Shown in pieces: positions 51,975 through 63,035 of a DNA stretch of 64,000 nucleotides (position 1 is its first letter; every line of letters starts with the position of its first letter). A model generated the notes under the pieces. The model did no database searches and was not told the origin of the DNA. It worked only from the letters and a program-made list of their open reading frames with translations. The DNA is from a virus (taxonomy: Duplodnaviria; Heunggongvirae; Uroviricota; Caudoviricetes). Made by a program: the position numbers and the translations under genes. The stretch lies in IMG/VR virus record IMGVR_UViG_3300010882_000009. One strand, 5' to 3'.

Positions 51975-52917
51975 AACAATTGCATGCGATTTCGATGGAA
52001 CATTATGTACAATTGCATTCCCTGAGATTGGAATAATAGAAGAAAAACATCAACGAGTAATAAATTACATAAGAAAAAATAAAGAGCTTGGAGGAGTAAA
52101 TGTACTCTGGACTTGTCGTGAAGATTTGCCAGAAAGAGCATATCTAACAGAGGCTGTAAATTGGTGTAAAGAGCAAAATATTCCTATTGACTATGTAAAT
52201 GAATATTGTCAAGAAGAATTCTTGTCTTATAAGCATTTACTTAGAAAAGTTTCTGCAGATGAGTACATAGATGATAAAGGAATTAATGTCAATGATATTC
52301 AAGATATAAATAATATATCACAAACACAAACAAATAAAAAACCTGCAATAATAACTTTTTCTGGCTCTGCAAGATGCGGAAAGGGTGCTGCATCAAAAAT
52401 TTCAAAGGAAATACTTGCTGCTAATAATAAAAGAGTATTAGAGATAAACTTTGCAGATTATGTAAAATTTATCACTGCTTTATATCAAGACCAGCCTATT
52501 GATAAATCACCAGAAGATTTAGCTAAAGGAATATTTAATAGGACAGATGAAACTAGAACAAAATGGCAAATTATAGGAACAGAGAAAGTACGTGATAGAT
52601 TCCCAGACTTTTGGGTTGATTCAGTTATAAATATTGCTAAGATTTTTAATGATGATTATGACTACATATTAATATCTGATTTGCGTTTTCCAAATGAATA
52701 TACACGCTGCATTGAAGAAAGATACAATATAGTAACAGTACACGTTGAACGACAAGGATTTGATAATGATTTAAGCGAAAAACAAAAGGCTCATCGTAGC
52801 GAAACATCACTTGATGATTTTAATTTTGATATATATTTGAGTGCTAAAAATATTGAAGAACTAGAAAATGAAGTTAAATTAAAAATAGTTCAACGTTTAT
52901 TAAATATAAAAGGATGA
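51964..52917 (+). CDS. HAD-like phosphatase fused to deoxynucleoside monophosphate kinase
   Basis: N-terminal DFDGT/WTCR/YIDD; C-terminal GSARCGK, FAD, SDLRFPNE, H.SE. Confidence 0.8.
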   Translation: MSPKTIACDFDGTLCTIAFPEIGIIEEKHQRVINYIRKNKELGGVNVLWTCREDLPERAYLTEAVNWCKEQNIPIDYVNEYCQEEFLSYKHLLRKVSADEYIDDKGINVNDIQDINNISQTQTNKKPAIITFSGSARCGKGAASKISKEILAANNKRVLEINFADYVKFITALYQDQPIDKSPEDLAKGIFNRTDETRTKWQIIGTEKVRDRFPDFWVDSVINIAKIFNDDYDYILISDLRFPNEYTRCIEERYNIVTVHVERQGFDNDLSEKQKAHRSETSLDDFNFDIYLSAKNIEELENEVKLKIVQRLLNIKG

Positions 52918-52923
52918 TTTAAA

Positions 52924-53206
<283 letters not shown>

Positions 53207-53237
53207 AAATAACTGACATAAGAAAGGAACATTATTT

Positions 53238-55004
53238 ATGATTGATAGCAAAAAGCTTATAGAAGGATACTTAAATAAAACAGATTGGAGGGTAAGTGAA
53301 AATTCTAATGCTCCACCAAGTTTTGGAGGGCTAAATAAATATATTTCCGGGGAAGTATCAAAAGATTATTGGCTTAGAGAAGTTTATCCTAAAAGAATTA
53401 CACAAGCATACTTAAATGGGAAAATTCATATTCATGACCTTAATTCATTATCTGGATATTGCAGTGGATATTCATTAAGCAATATAATTTCAATGGCTGT
53501 ACAAGGATTAGATAATGTACCTACATCTGACCCTGCTAAACACTTTGGTTCAATATTAAACCAAATCGCAAATTTAACAACTATTTATCAAAATGAAATA
53601 GCTGGTGCAGTAGCATATAATTCATTTGATACACTGCTTGCACCATTTGTAAAAGTTGATAATTTATCATATGATGAAGTTAAGCAAGAGATGCAAAACT
53701 TTGTTTTTAGTATAAATTCTAATAGTAGAATGGGTGCAGAACCAGCTTTTACAAATATAACATTTGATTTAACTCCAGATGAAGAAAGATTAAATGAAAA
53801 TGCTATTATATATAATGAATCACAGTCTTTTACATATAAAGAATGCCAAAAAGAAATGGATATGATAAATCTTGCATTCTTTGAAATAATGATACAAGGT
53901 GATGCTAATGGAAAACCATTTGCATATCCAATACCAACATATAATATCCATAATAGGTTTGACTGGGATAATCCTAATAACAACTTGTTATGGGAAATGG
54001 CTGGTAAATATGGGTATCCATATTTTGCAAACTTTGTAAATAGCGAATTAGACATGACCGATATTCGCAGTATGTGCTGTAGGCTTTCTCTTAACTTAGC
54101 AGATTTATCAAAACGTAATGGTGGTTTGTTTGGAAGCGGAGATGCTACAGGTGCAATTGGAGTTGTTACAATCAATCTGCCAAGAATTGCTTATTTAACA
54201 GCAGGAAATAAAAACAGATTCTTCAAAGAATTAAATAAAGTCTTAGTTATTGCAAAAGACTCTCTTGAAATAAAAAGAAATTGGCTAGAAGAAAATATTA
54301 TAAAAACAAATATGACACCAGCATTTACAACATATGTTGGTAATTTCAAAAACTACTTTAGCGTTATTGGGGAAGTAGGCAAAAATGAAATGTGCGAGAA
54401 TTTCTTTGGAGAAGGTATAGACATTCTATCAGAACAAGGAAAAAAATTCGCATTAGAAGTAGGAGAATATATAAGAAATAAACTTGTAAAATTCCAAGAA
54501 GAAACTGGAAATCTTTATTCATATGAAGCCACGCCAGCAGAATCTACATGCTATAGACTTGCAACAAGAGATAAAGAAGAATTTGACGATATAATAGTAT
54601 GTGGGTCAAATGGTGCTTACTATTATACAAATTCATGCCATATTCCAGTTGAAAAAGTAGAAAGTATAAAGCAGTTGTTTGATCACCAAAACGACCTACA
54701 GGTTCAATATACTGGTGGTACAGTTGTACATATATATCTTGATGGTGCTATATCTGGTGATAATGCCAAACATATCATAAAAACTGTTTGCGAAAAGTAT
54801 AAAGTTCCATATGTTGATTTAGCTCCATTAAATAGATATTGTCCACAACATATGCACATAAATGAATTACTAAATTCATGTCCTGAGTGTGGAAGCAAAT
54901 TAGAATTGTACCAAAAAATAACTGGCTATCTTAGGAATGTTAACTTTTTTAATCCTGGTAAAAAATCAGAATTTAAAGATAGGAAGCAGTTAAACATAAA
55001 ATGA
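53238..55004 (+). CDS. nrdD: class III anaerobic ribonucleotide reductase, no ATP cone
   Basis: HIHDL, RSMCCRL, EATPAE, YYTNS, YTGGT, glycyl-radical loop KITGYL. Confidence 0.93.
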   Translation: MIDSKKLIEGYLNKTDWRVSENSNAPPSFGGLNKYISGEVSKDYWLREVYPKRITQAYLNGKIHIHDLNSLSGYCSGYSLSNIISMAVQGLDNVPTSDPAKHFGSILNQIANLTTIYQNEIAGAVAYNSFDTLLAPFVKVDNLSYDEVKQEMQNFVFSINSNSRMGAEPAFTNITFDLTPDEERLNENAIIYNESQSFTYKECQKEMDMINLAFFEIMIQGDANGKPFAYPIPTYNIHNRFDWDNPNNNLLWEMAGKYGYPYFANFVNSELDMTDIRSMCCRLSLNLADLSKRNGGLFGSGDATGAIGVVTINLPRIAYLTAGNKNRFFKELNKVLVIAKDSLEIKRNWLEENIIKTNMTPAFTTYVGNFKNYFSVIGEVGKNEMCENFFGEGIDILSEQGKKFALEVGEYIRNKLVKFQEETGNLYSYEATPAESTCYRLATRDKEEFDDIIVCGSNGAYYYTNSCHIPVEKVESIKQLFDHQNDLQVQYTGGTVVHIYLDGAISGDNAKHIIKTVCEKYKVPYVDLAPLNRYCPQHMHINELLNSCPECGSKLELYQKITGYLRNVNFFNPGKKSEFKDRKQLNIK

Positions 55005-55462
55005 TAATAAAGCAAATTGTAAATGAAGACTTTTATAATTATAAATTCCCATCAATGCTTATTGCATTCCCAAAATGTTCAATGAAATGTGGTATAGGGG
55101 TGTGTCATAACAACACACTCCTATCTGACCCTGATATACATATAGATATTAATGCTTTAGTTGATTTGTATATATTAAATCCAATAACATCAGCTATTGT
55201 ATTTGGAGGGTTAGAGCCATTTGATTCATTTGATGATATGGTATTATTAATAAATGCATTTAGAGAAAAAACAAATGATACTATTATTATATATACTGGA
55301 TACGAAGAATTAGAATTAAGTAATAGAATTTGTACATTAATACAATATGATAATATCATAGTAAAATATGGTAGATATATCCCAAATCAGCTATCTTATT
55401 ATAATGAGTTGCTAGGTGTTAAGCTTTATTCATATAATCAATATGCAGTTAAAATTTCATAA
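55001..55462 (+). CDS. NrdG-like radical SAM protein (atypical Cys spacing)
   Basis: CSMKCGIGVCHN, GGLEP, IYTGY, KYGRY, NQ. Confidence 0.75.
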   Translation: MIIKQIVNEDFYNYKFPSMLIAFPKCSMKCGIGVCHNNTLLSDPDIHIDINALVDLYILNPITSAIVFGGLEPFDSFDDMVLLINAFREKTNDTIIIYTGYEELELSNRICTLIQYDNIIVKYGRYIPNQLSYYNELLGVKLYSYNQYAVKIS

Positions 55463-55482
55463 GAAAGGAAGCAGTTTAATGT

Positions 55483-55686
55483 ATGGAAATAAAAATTCAA
55501 GTTAAACAGAAACCAAATACTGAAGATTTATTACAAAAAGTAATTAATAATGATGGTTACTGTCCATGTTCATTAATAAAAAATAAAACAACTAAATGTA
55601 TATGTGAAAATTTTAGATATATGATATCAAATAGATTGCTTGGAGAATGTGATTGCGGGCTTTATGAAACAATAAAAGTAGAATAA
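55483..55686 (+). CDS. ferredoxin-thioredoxin reductase catalytic-subunit-like protein
   Basis: GYCPC...KCIC...GECDCGLY (canonical CPC/CPC/CHC). Confidence 0.7.
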   Translation: MEIKIQVKQKPNTEDLLQKVINNDGYCPCSLIKNKTTKCICENFRYMISNRLLGECDCGLYETIKVE

Positions 55687-55687
55687 T

Positions 55688-56215
55688 ATGAAAAGTAAAA
55701 TTATGTATAACAATGCATCTAATAATATCTCAATAATGTCTATTATACATGATACTATTGTTGATGGTGTTGGATTTAGAACTGCTGTATATTGTGCTGG
55801 TTGCGGTCATAAGTGCCGCAACTGCCACAATCCTGAAACTTGGAATATTGATAATGGCAAATTAATGACAATACAAGAAGTTTATGATGAAATAATATCT
55901 AATACTTTTACAAATGTGACATTCACAGGTGGCGATCCAATGTATCAGCCGGACGCATTTTATAATCTTGCTTGTATGATTAAGCAAAATTCTAAAAAAA
56001 CAATATGGTGTTATACTGGGTTCGCATATGAAGAAATTATACGATACCATGACGCTAGATATAGCCTTTTAAGTGTAGTTGATGTATTAGTAGATGGAAG
56101 ATATGAAGATAAGCTTAGAAGTTTTAATACTGCGTTTAGAGGCAGTTCTAATCAAAGAATAATTGATGTTCAAAGAAGTTTAGATTCTAATAGTATTATT
56201 TTACTTGATTATTAA
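55688..56215 (+). CDS. nrdG: anaerobic RNR activating enzyme
   Basis: VDGVGFR, CGHKCRNCHNPETW, TGGDP, DVLVDG, FRGSSNQR. Confidence 0.93.
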   Translation: MKSKIMYNNASNNISIMSIIHDTIVDGVGFRTAVYCAGCGHKCRNCHNPETWNIDNGKLMTIQEVYDEIISNTFTNVTFTGGDPMYQPDAFYNLACMIKQNSKKTIWCYTGFAYEEIIRYHDARYSLLSVVDVLVDGRYEDKLRSFNTAFRGSSNQRIIDVQRSLDSNSIILLDY

Positions 56216-56250
56216 ATAATTAATTAATATAAAATAAAAAGGATGATAAT

Positions 56251-56823
56251 ATGAGTGATACAAATAATTTTTTTAGCGATATTTTTAATATGTGCAGTAA
56301 TGGGGATAAATCAGATCAAGAAGAAATAAATTCACAAGATATTATTAAATTTGCAAAAATTAATAATAATGCAATTATCCCAACCAAAAGACTAGAAGAT
56401 GGCTGTTTTGATATATATGCATGTTTTGATGAAGATCAAGTTGTTATAAATCCTAATTCTATTAAACTAATACCAACTGGGATATGTAGCGCATTTTCAT
56501 CAAAATATAGAATTGGACTTCGTGAGCGTGGTAGTAATACAAAATCAAAGCTAATTGTAGTTGCTGGACAAATAGATTCAGGCTTTAGGGGGGAATGGTT
56601 TGTAGCATTATATAATACAACTGTTAATCCAATTATTATATCTAAAAATCATATAGATTATAATCAAACTTCATGTGAATTATATGTTCCATATAGTAAA
56701 GCAATTTGTCAATTTGCTATAGAAGAAGTACCACAAGTCTTAATTAAAGAATTATCTTTTAATGAAGTTCTATCTATTAAGTCTGAGCGTGGAGAAGGCA
56801 TGCTTGGAAGTAGTGGAAAGTAA
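56251..56823 (+). CDS. dut: trimeric dUTPase
   Basis: FDIYA, ERGS, GQIDSGFRGE, AICQ, RGEGMLGSSG. Confidence 0.9.
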   Translation: MSDTNNFFSDIFNMCSNGDKSDQEEINSQDIIKFAKINNNAIIPTKRLEDGCFDIYACFDEDQVVINPNSIKLIPTGICSAFSSKYRIGLRERGSNTKSKLIVVAGQIDSGFRGEWFVALYNTTVNPIIISKNHIDYNQTSCELYVPYSKAICQFAIEEVPQVLIKELSFNEVLSIKSERGEGMLGSSGK

Positions 56824-56825
56824 CA

Positions 56826-56975
56826 ATGCAAAAATTAAAATGTTGTGAATGTTATCATGAATTTTATGAAGATGATTTAAAAAGATATGAGGAGAGGCAT
56901 GACCTATCCTCCCCTCCGTATGAAGTTTGGTATGGTTGTCCATACTGTGGATGTTCATATACATCATTATCATAA
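56826..56975 (+). CDS. small zinc-ribbon protein (49 aa, not in ORF track)
   Basis: MQKLKCCECYHEF...GCPYCG. Confidence 0.65.
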   Translation: MQKLKCCECYHEFYEDDLKRYEERHDLSSPPYEVWYGCPYCGCSYTSLS

Positions 56976-57014
56976 ATAAATTAACAAATAAATTAACAAA
57001 GGAGATTTTATTAT

Positions 57015-57683
57015 ATGATATACTTAAATAGTTTAATGAGGCGTAGGTTAAGCAAATTTCTTTTCTTTCTTGGTATAGTTTTTGTTTTGAATTTTTCACA
57101 CATTATCTACGCCAGCGCATGTAGTCCAAATAACGCAATGGATATACATGTATATGCAGATGAAGCAGTAGTACTAAATTTAAAACAAGATATGCCGCCA
57201 AGTCAAATAATGGCAAACCAACTCTACATAAATAATCCAGATTATGTAGAGCATATTCCAATAATATTACTTGACATTCCTCTGTCGTATGATTTGCAAT
57301 ATTATACAATTATTACTAGCAAACAATATGAAATTCCTCATGAACTAATATTTGCAATTATGATGGTAGAAAGTGAATTTAAAGAAGATGTTATATCAAA
57401 TCGTAATTATGGGCTTATGCAAATAAATATAATTAATCACGAATGGCTTAGAACTGACTATAATATAACTAATATACTTGAACCACAACAAAATATATTA
57501 GCTGGAATAATAATTTATAAACAATACTATGATAACGTTAGTGATATACATATGGCACTAACTTCATATAGATATGGGCCAACAGGTGCAAGAAATAAAT
57601 ACTTTAACAAAGGATTATATACATCAGGATACAGTAGAAATGTTGTTTCAATTATGGAAGAATTTATAAACTTCAAAGAATAA
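57015..57683 (+). CDS. SLT-type lytic transglycosylase with N-terminal hydrophobic anchor
   Basis: AIMMVESEF, YGLMQIN, NI.AG, AL.SY..G. Confidence 0.85.
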   Translation: MIYLNSLMRRRLSKFLFFLGIVFVLNFSHIIYASACSPNNAMDIHVYADEAVVLNLKQDMPPSQIMANQLYINNPDYVEHIPIILLDIPLSYDLQYYTIITSKQYEIPHELIFAIMMVESEFKEDVISNRNYGLMQINIINHEWLRTDYNITNILEPQQNILAGIIIYKQYYDNVSDIHMALTSYRYGPTGARNKYFNKGLYTSGYSRNVVSIMEEFINFKE

Positions 57684-57710
57684 TTAACATAATCCATAGG
57701 GGGATTTAAT

Positions 57711-58016
57711 ATGAAACTTGTAAATGTGAATATAACTGAAACACCTGCTTATTTTACCACTTATAAAATTTCTGTTCCAGATGACATTTCAAATGATAAG
57801 CTTGATAAAATTCTTCGTAAAATCAGAAAAAAGAATTCTATAAATGAAATTAATGAACTATTTGAAAAACATAACATTAAAATACTTAATACTGAAATCC
57901 CATCACATCCTTCCTCCGTCATATCATTTGAATTAAATGATTATGAATTTATTAATAGCGTTACTATCCCAACAATTGAACTTTGTGAAGACAAAGAACA
58001 GGAGTATCTAATATGA
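57711..58016 (+). CDS. hypothetical protein, family member 1 of 3
   Basis: V.ITE...PDD.S..KLDKIL.KI...ELF.KH...SFELNDYE. Confidence 0.75.
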   Translation: MKLVNVNITETPAYFTTYKISVPDDISNDKLDKILRKIRKKNSINEINELFEKHNIKILNTEIPSHPSSVISFELNDYEFINSVTIPTIELCEDKEQEYLI

Positions 58017-58621
58017 ATTTTAATAAATGTGACCATAATAAATATTGTCAATCTGATATATTTGATATACATGAACAAGAAAGAATAGCAATGATTGATG
58101 CTATTGGAAATATGTTGTTAAATGATTTTTGTTTCAAATTTGCACATGTTGTTACAGCAGATTTTCGCGGGAAACATAATGACCAAGAATCAATTATGAT
58201 TAATGTATCAACTGATGGGGTTGCATGGTTCTTTGCTGAAATTTTAATTAAATACGAGGCAGCGTATGGAGAGCAAGTAAAACGTGTTAAGAAAAAAATA
58301 CGAAAAATAATTGATGAAAATTCTAGTAAATTCTTTGATAGATGTTACGATATGACACCTCATGTTAAGCTACTACAATTGGCTATTGAAGAATTTGGGA
58401 TTGAATCAGTTATAATTGAAAACGGGCAACTTATACATATTGATTTTGATTTAGATATTGACAATGTTTTTACAACACTAGTTAGCAATGTGTCTTCTAT
58501 AAATGACTTTTGGTATGACATTGATAGCGGATGCGTTGAAGATCTTGTAACAATATCATTTAGTACCACAAATGGCGATACATTTCAATTATATCAAGAT
58601 GGATCATATGAAAAATATTAA
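58013..58621 (+). CDS. hypothetical protein
   Basis: 202 aa; AGGAG RBS; ATGA overlap. Confidence 0.7.
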   Translation: MNFNKCDHNKYCQSDIFDIHEQERIAMIDAIGNMLLNDFCFKFAHVVTADFRGKHNDQESIMINVSTDGVAWFFAEILIKYEAAYGEQVKRVKKKIRKIIDENSSKFFDRCYDMTPHVKLLQLAIEEFGIESVIIENGQLIHIDFDLDIDNVFTTLVSNVSSINDFWYDIDSGCVEDLVTISFSTTNGDTFQLYQDGSYEKY

Positions 58622-58647
58622 TAATATTACATAAAAGGAGCCGCATA

Positions 58648-58989
58648 ATGCGTATTGATGAATATATATTAAACGATTCTATTTTCGTCATGAGTGAAAA
58701 AACCCGTCGTAAGCATAGCAGGCATACACAGAAATCTAAATTTATGCCATACAAAAAAACTGAAAAATATAATACTGGTGATGTTATTAAGATAACAGTT
58801 GAAAAGAACTTCTTAATCACTAAAGCTGCTACAGAAGAAACAACTATAAGAGAAGAATGTGCGGTAATAGTTTCAGTAAAAACAGACCAATTACAATTAC
58901 GACAATATAAAAATGATGAAATTAGCAAATATACATATTGGGCATTTATTTCAGACATTGAAAATGGTATTCCAGTATTTGTATATTAA
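58648..58989 (+). CDS. hypothetical protein
   Basis: AAGGAG RBS; 113 aa. Confidence 0.7.
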   Translation: MRIDEYILNDSIFVMSEKTRRKHSRHTQKSKFMPYKKTEKYNTGDVIKITVEKNFLITKAATEETTIREECAVIVSVKTDQLQLRQYKNDEISKYTYWAFISDIENGIPVFVY

Positions 58990-59004
58990 AAAAGGAGAAA
59001 TATA

Positions 59005-59541
59005 ATGATTGTTAAATCAGATATTTTAAAAAAAAGAAATGAATTGTTTAATGAAATTGCGGATTGTTTTATCAACATGCTGTATGAATTAATAAATAAA
59101 GATTATGATTTTACTAATTTTAATATTAAATTTGGATATCTTTGGGAAGATAAGATATCGGATAGAAATGAATTTATAGCTAATAAAAAAAACAGGCCAC
59201 GTAAAATCTGTGTACCATGTGAATGGTTTAAAATAGATAATATACAGAATGATATATTTGAATTTATTTTAGATCAAGATGTATTATGCAATATATGTAA
59301 CAAGTGGTATATAAAATTAAAAAATAATATTATGAATGTTATAAAATCAATTAATATTACAAATAATATCAGTGACAGCCTTAGTTATGAAGTTTTTATA
59401 TTTATTGATGATTTAAGGGTAACAGAAATAAAGAATAAAGAAGAAAACAATAATAAATTAGATATGTTTATAAAAATTGGAATCGCTATTGCAGATGAAG
59501 AAAATATTATCTTTGTACATGAGTATTTTAATAATAAATAA
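59005..59541 (+). CDS. hypothetical protein
   Basis: AAGGAG RBS; 178 aa. Confidence 0.7.
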   Translation: MIVKSDILKKRNELFNEIADCFINMLYELINKDYDFTNFNIKFGYLWEDKISDRNEFIANKKNRPRKICVPCEWFKIDNIQNDIFEFILDQDVLCNICNKWYIKLKNNIMNVIKSINITNNISDSLSYEVFIFIDDLRVTEIKNKEENNNKLDMFIKIGIAIADEENIIFVHEYFNNK

Positions 59542-59588
59542 TGTGTGGCAATTATATGCATAAATATTAATTAATAGATATTTTAAAA

Positions 59589-59620
<32 letters not shown>

Positions 59621-59657
59621 ATTAAAAAATACAACATAATAGGAGTGTTATTATAAT

Positions 59658-59984
59658 ATGAAAACAATGAAGGTAAATGTTACAGAATCAAAACATCTTT
59701 TTAAAACACATACAATTATTATACCAGATGATATGTCTGATAAAAAATTAGATAAAGTACTTAAAAAAATTGATAAAAAAGAATCTTTAGTAGAAATTAC
59801 AGAATTATTTAGCAAACATGGTATTAGTCTTTTGTCAACAATTGCAAATAATTTGCCATATGCTGATAAAATAAGTTTTGAGTTAAATGATTATGAAGAA
59901 GTTATGCTAGAAGGCGACTATGAAGAAGAAGATGAAGTGGTAAATTTGGGGCATGCTGTTATTAATTATTCACATAATAATTAA
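59658..59984 (+). CDS. hypothetical protein, family member 2 of 3
   Basis: PDDMSDKKLDKVLKKI...SFELNDYE. Confidence 0.75.
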   Translation: MKTMKVNVTESKHLFKTHTIIIPDDMSDKKLDKVLKKIDKKESLVEITELFSKHGISLLSTIANNLPYADKISFELNDYEEVMLEGDYEEEDEVVNLGHAVINYSHNN

Positions 59985-60027
59985 TATCGTAATAAAATAA
60001 AAAAAATATTAAGGAGTATATATAACT

Positions 60028-60414
60028 ATGAAAACAATTAGTGTAGATATCACAGAAAAGCGTGTATATAATAAGACTCATACACTTGGATTTCCTGATA
60101 CTATGACAGACAAGCAAATAGATAAAATCATTCTCAAAATTGATAAGCTTAAATCACCTGATCAAATTAATGCTCTATTAAATAAATATGGAATACACTA
60201 TATAGAAGATGATAACTTGCAGCAACCTTTTAAATATAAATTTGACGTTTTAAGTTATGATTATTATGATTTTAATTATTTAGCTTTAGATTTAGATAAA
60301 AAAGATGAAGATAAAGAAGATGAATATTCAGATGCAGATACAGATACAGATACAGATAATAATTGTGATGGTATTTGTTGTTCTTGTAATAATTATTTGA
60401 TGTGTACAGATTAA
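60028..60414 (+). CDS. hypothetical protein, family member 3 of 3, acidic/Cys tail
   Basis: PDTMTDKQIDKIILKI; DTDTDTD and CDGICCSC tail. Confidence 0.75.
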   Translation: MKTISVDITEKRVYNKTHTLGFPDTMTDKQIDKIILKIDKLKSPDQINALLNKYGIHYIEDDNLQQPFKYKFDVLSYDYYDFNYLALDLDKKDEDKEDEYSDADTDTDTDNNCDGICCSCNNYLMCTD

Positions 60415-60448
60415 ACTAACTAAAAATATATATTATAAACTAAATAAT

Positions 60449-60483
60449 TAAAAGCCCACTCATACTAGTTGAGTGGGCTTTTA
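60449..60483. terminator. bidirectional intrinsic terminator
   Basis: TAAAAGCCCACTCA-TACTAGT-TGAGTGGGCTTTTA between convergent gene blocks. Confidence 0.9.
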
Positions 60484-60508
60484 TCTTATATAAATTATAT
60501 TATTTATA

Positions 60509-61405
60509 CTACATAATTCCAACTTCTCTTAATAACTCAATCTGTCCAACCTGCACAGAATGTGCATTTAACTGTCCAAGAGTTATTATCATTCTATAAT
60601 GCCTATAAGTTCCAGGATTATCAAGTCTATATACTGTTCTATCAATATCATGTATAACCTGTCTTCCTTTAACAGTATGCAATAATACCCAGCTTTCAGG
60701 AAGTAAATCAGGTTGAAAATGATTACTTCCCACAAATGTAAAGTCTACTGGTATATGCCAAGATATTCTATTATCATAATGTATATCTTTTATACGTAAT
60801 CTATTTGAAATAGCAATTGCATCAACATACTTTGCATTACCTACTCCCAAGTCGATATTAATCCATTCATTATTAGGTACTCCAGGCCAGTGCGTTCTAC
60901 ATGCCCATCCATCATTATATAAAGTTGCTGTCTCAGGTGTAGCCCCATTAAATGAAAACCACGCTTCATATGGATACGCTGGATTTTCAATTAATACAGA
61001 CGATGCATATGTATTAAGTGGGAAAGGAGAGGCATTACTTCTCATCGGTTGATGCACTCTTTCATACACATATAATGGTGGTGTAACTGGAATTGAATTT
61101 ATTGGTATAATAATCTCAGCATCGTCTTTAGAGCTATTTGTCCAAAATCCAAACCCCCCGATTAAAGGGTTTGATTTTACTCCAAATCCAGATACTTCAC
61201 TATTAGTCAACCTTGGTTGGCATCTAGTAATTTGCAAATCATCATAAATACCACTATCAGGGAACATACGATTATTGTATATTTTATTATTATCTTTATA
61301 GTATTGTATTAATGCATTATTAGTATCGTGTCCAAATTTAATTTCATCTACAGTATCAGGTGTTTGCGTATTTAAATTAATTACTTTTTCAATATTAAAA
61401 TTCAT
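60509..61405 (-). CDS. putative virion protein with discoidin (F5/8 type C)-like domain
   Basis: EWINIDLG, P.DF...GSN, YRHYR, QIEL. Confidence 0.6.
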   Translation of the reverse strand: MNFNIEKVINLNTQTPDTVDEIKFGHDTNNALIQYYKDNNKIYNNRMFPDSGIYDDLQITRCQPRLTNSEVSGFGVKSNPLIGGFGFWTNSSKDDAEIIIPINSIPVTPPLYVYERVHQPMRSNASPFPLNTYASSVLIENPAYPYEAWFSFNGATPETATLYNDGWACRTHWPGVPNNEWINIDLGVGNAKYVDAIAISNRLRIKDIHYDNRISWHIPVDFTFVGSNHFQPDLLPESWVLLHTVKGRQVIHDIDRTVYRLDNPGTYRHYRMIITLGQLNAHSVQVGQIELLREVGIM

Positions 61406-61433
61406 AAATTATCATCCTTATATATTACTATTT

Positions 61434-63035
61434 CTATGACTGATTTATAATAAAATCACATGCTAAATCAAATCTTGTATTAGCTGTCTTATATGGATAC
61501 TCAGTATATGCTTTAACAGTTATAACAGCCCCATCTATAGGTATTGAACCAACATTAAACTTTACTGTTGGTCTTACATTCCCAAACATTGCATAACCAC
61601 CTTGTTCTGGCATACCAGCTGGAAGACTGCCTGGATTTAAAAATACTATTCTCCAATAACGAGCAGATATAGGTGAGAATGTTACCTCTTGTATCATATT
61701 TGTTAATGTAGCTGCAGATATCCATGTTTCTTTATCATCAACAGAATACTCCAATGATAAATTGCAATTATTTGTTACTCCCATATTATTCTTAAATGTA
61801 TTTATTGTCTGTGATGTAATAAAGTCATATGGAAGTATTGCACCACTTTCAATATTATATCCATAAGCTACGCCTCTTGTAAAACCAGAAAACATAGCCC
61901 AAACATGACCAATAGCAACACCAAATGTTATTCCACTAATGCCTTCAAAATCAACATATTTTGTATCCCTGCTTTCCCAGGCTTGTTCAAGATTATAATT
62001 TTTCCCACTAAACTCATAATTAGAAGATGGTTGTAAAATTCCATCAACATATATTTCTTCACTTGTAGCCATTACTTCTGGAAATTGAGAATTAAAGTCT
62101 GTATAAAATCCATTCCCATTTCCTAATGTTAATTCTATTTGTCTTGCAGGGAATATAGCTGAATTTGGGAAGTTAATATTCCCAAATGTTTCATATACAA
62201 GAGACTTAATTAATCGCGGAGTTCCAGAAGGCAAATTAAATTGAGATGACAATATAGAATTAGATAATCTAATACTTGTTGAATCCCTATTAATAGTTGC
62301 GCTATCTATACGTATTGTATTTGTATTAGTTCCAATAAACTTGCTAACTTGACTAATACTCAATGGCGTATTACTTCCAGATATATTTGAATTATTGAAC
62401 CCAACTGCTCTAGTCATAATCCATTGCTCTGTACTATTAAGCCACCCTAATTTATCTCCATTAGCTGGTCTAAAGTTTTGTGGGAATTCTATATTAGTCT
62501 CGTCAAATGTTATTACTGCATTAACAGTAGCAACTATTGTTAATAATTCAGAATCATTTTTTACTATTGTAATTGGATTTCCTGAACCATCAGTAATAAG
62601 CGAATGTGTTACAAGCGTTCCGCCACTTCCTGGAGTAAAAGTAGGACTCCAAATTGTATTTAAACAAAGTCCAACTTCTGTTATATTCCCATTTGCTTCA
62701 TTCTCATTTAGTTCAATTGTATATTTTGCAGAAGCAGTTGCTATATTACCACTTCTATTAATTTCCCCAAGTTCTCTAAGCACACCTTTATTACCAATAC
62801 TATTAAATAAAGATGTATTGCTAGATGAAGTTGTTCCTGTTCCATTCCCAAGTTCCATTGCTGCAATAAAATTTGTTCCGCCTATTCTAATCCAATTTAA
62901 AAATGAATCAAGAACTGTATTATAACTTTTATACTCTTTAACTACTCCTGTTTTACTGTTTGTTAGTTTAAACTCAAAACTATTTCTTATACTTACTGCT
63001 GTATTTATGCTTATATTAGACATAAAACCCTCCAA
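61434..63035 (-). CDS. putative tail/baseplate structural protein
   Basis: ENEANGNITEVGL, LVTHSL, ARYWRI; Thr/Ser/Gly/Asn-rich. Confidence 0.6.
   Translation of the reverse strand: MEGFMSNISINTAVSIRNSFEFKLTNSKTGVVKEYKSYNTVLDSFLNWIRIGGTNFIAAMELGNGTGTTSSSNTSLFNSIGNKGVLRELGEINRSGNIATASAKYTIELNENEANGNITEVGLCLNTIWSPTFTPGSGGTLVTHSLITDGSGNPITIVKNDSELLTIVATVNAVITFDETNIEFPQNFRPANGDKLGWLNSTEQWIMTRAVGFNNSNISGSNTPLSISQVSKFIGTNTNTIRIDSATINRDSTSIRLSNSILSSQFNLPSGTPRLIKSLVYETFGNINFPNSAIFPARQIELTLGNGNGFYTDFNSQFPEVMATSEEIYVDGILQPSSNYEFSGKNYNLEQAWESRDTKYVDFEGISGITFGVAIGHVWAMFSGFTRGVAYGYNIESGAILPYDFITSQTINTFKNNMGVTNNCNLSLEYSVDDKETWISAATLTNMIQEVTFSPISARYWRIVFLNPGSLPAGMPEQGGYAMFGNVRPTVKFNVGSIPIDGAVITVKAYTEYPYKTANTRFDLACDFIINQS

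Noticed and set aside
56826..56975. Riboswitch or structured RNA upstream of the lytic transglycosylase
   Set aside because: The stretch reads cleanly as a 49-aa CxxC...CPYC ORF and no riboswitch consensus was recognised.
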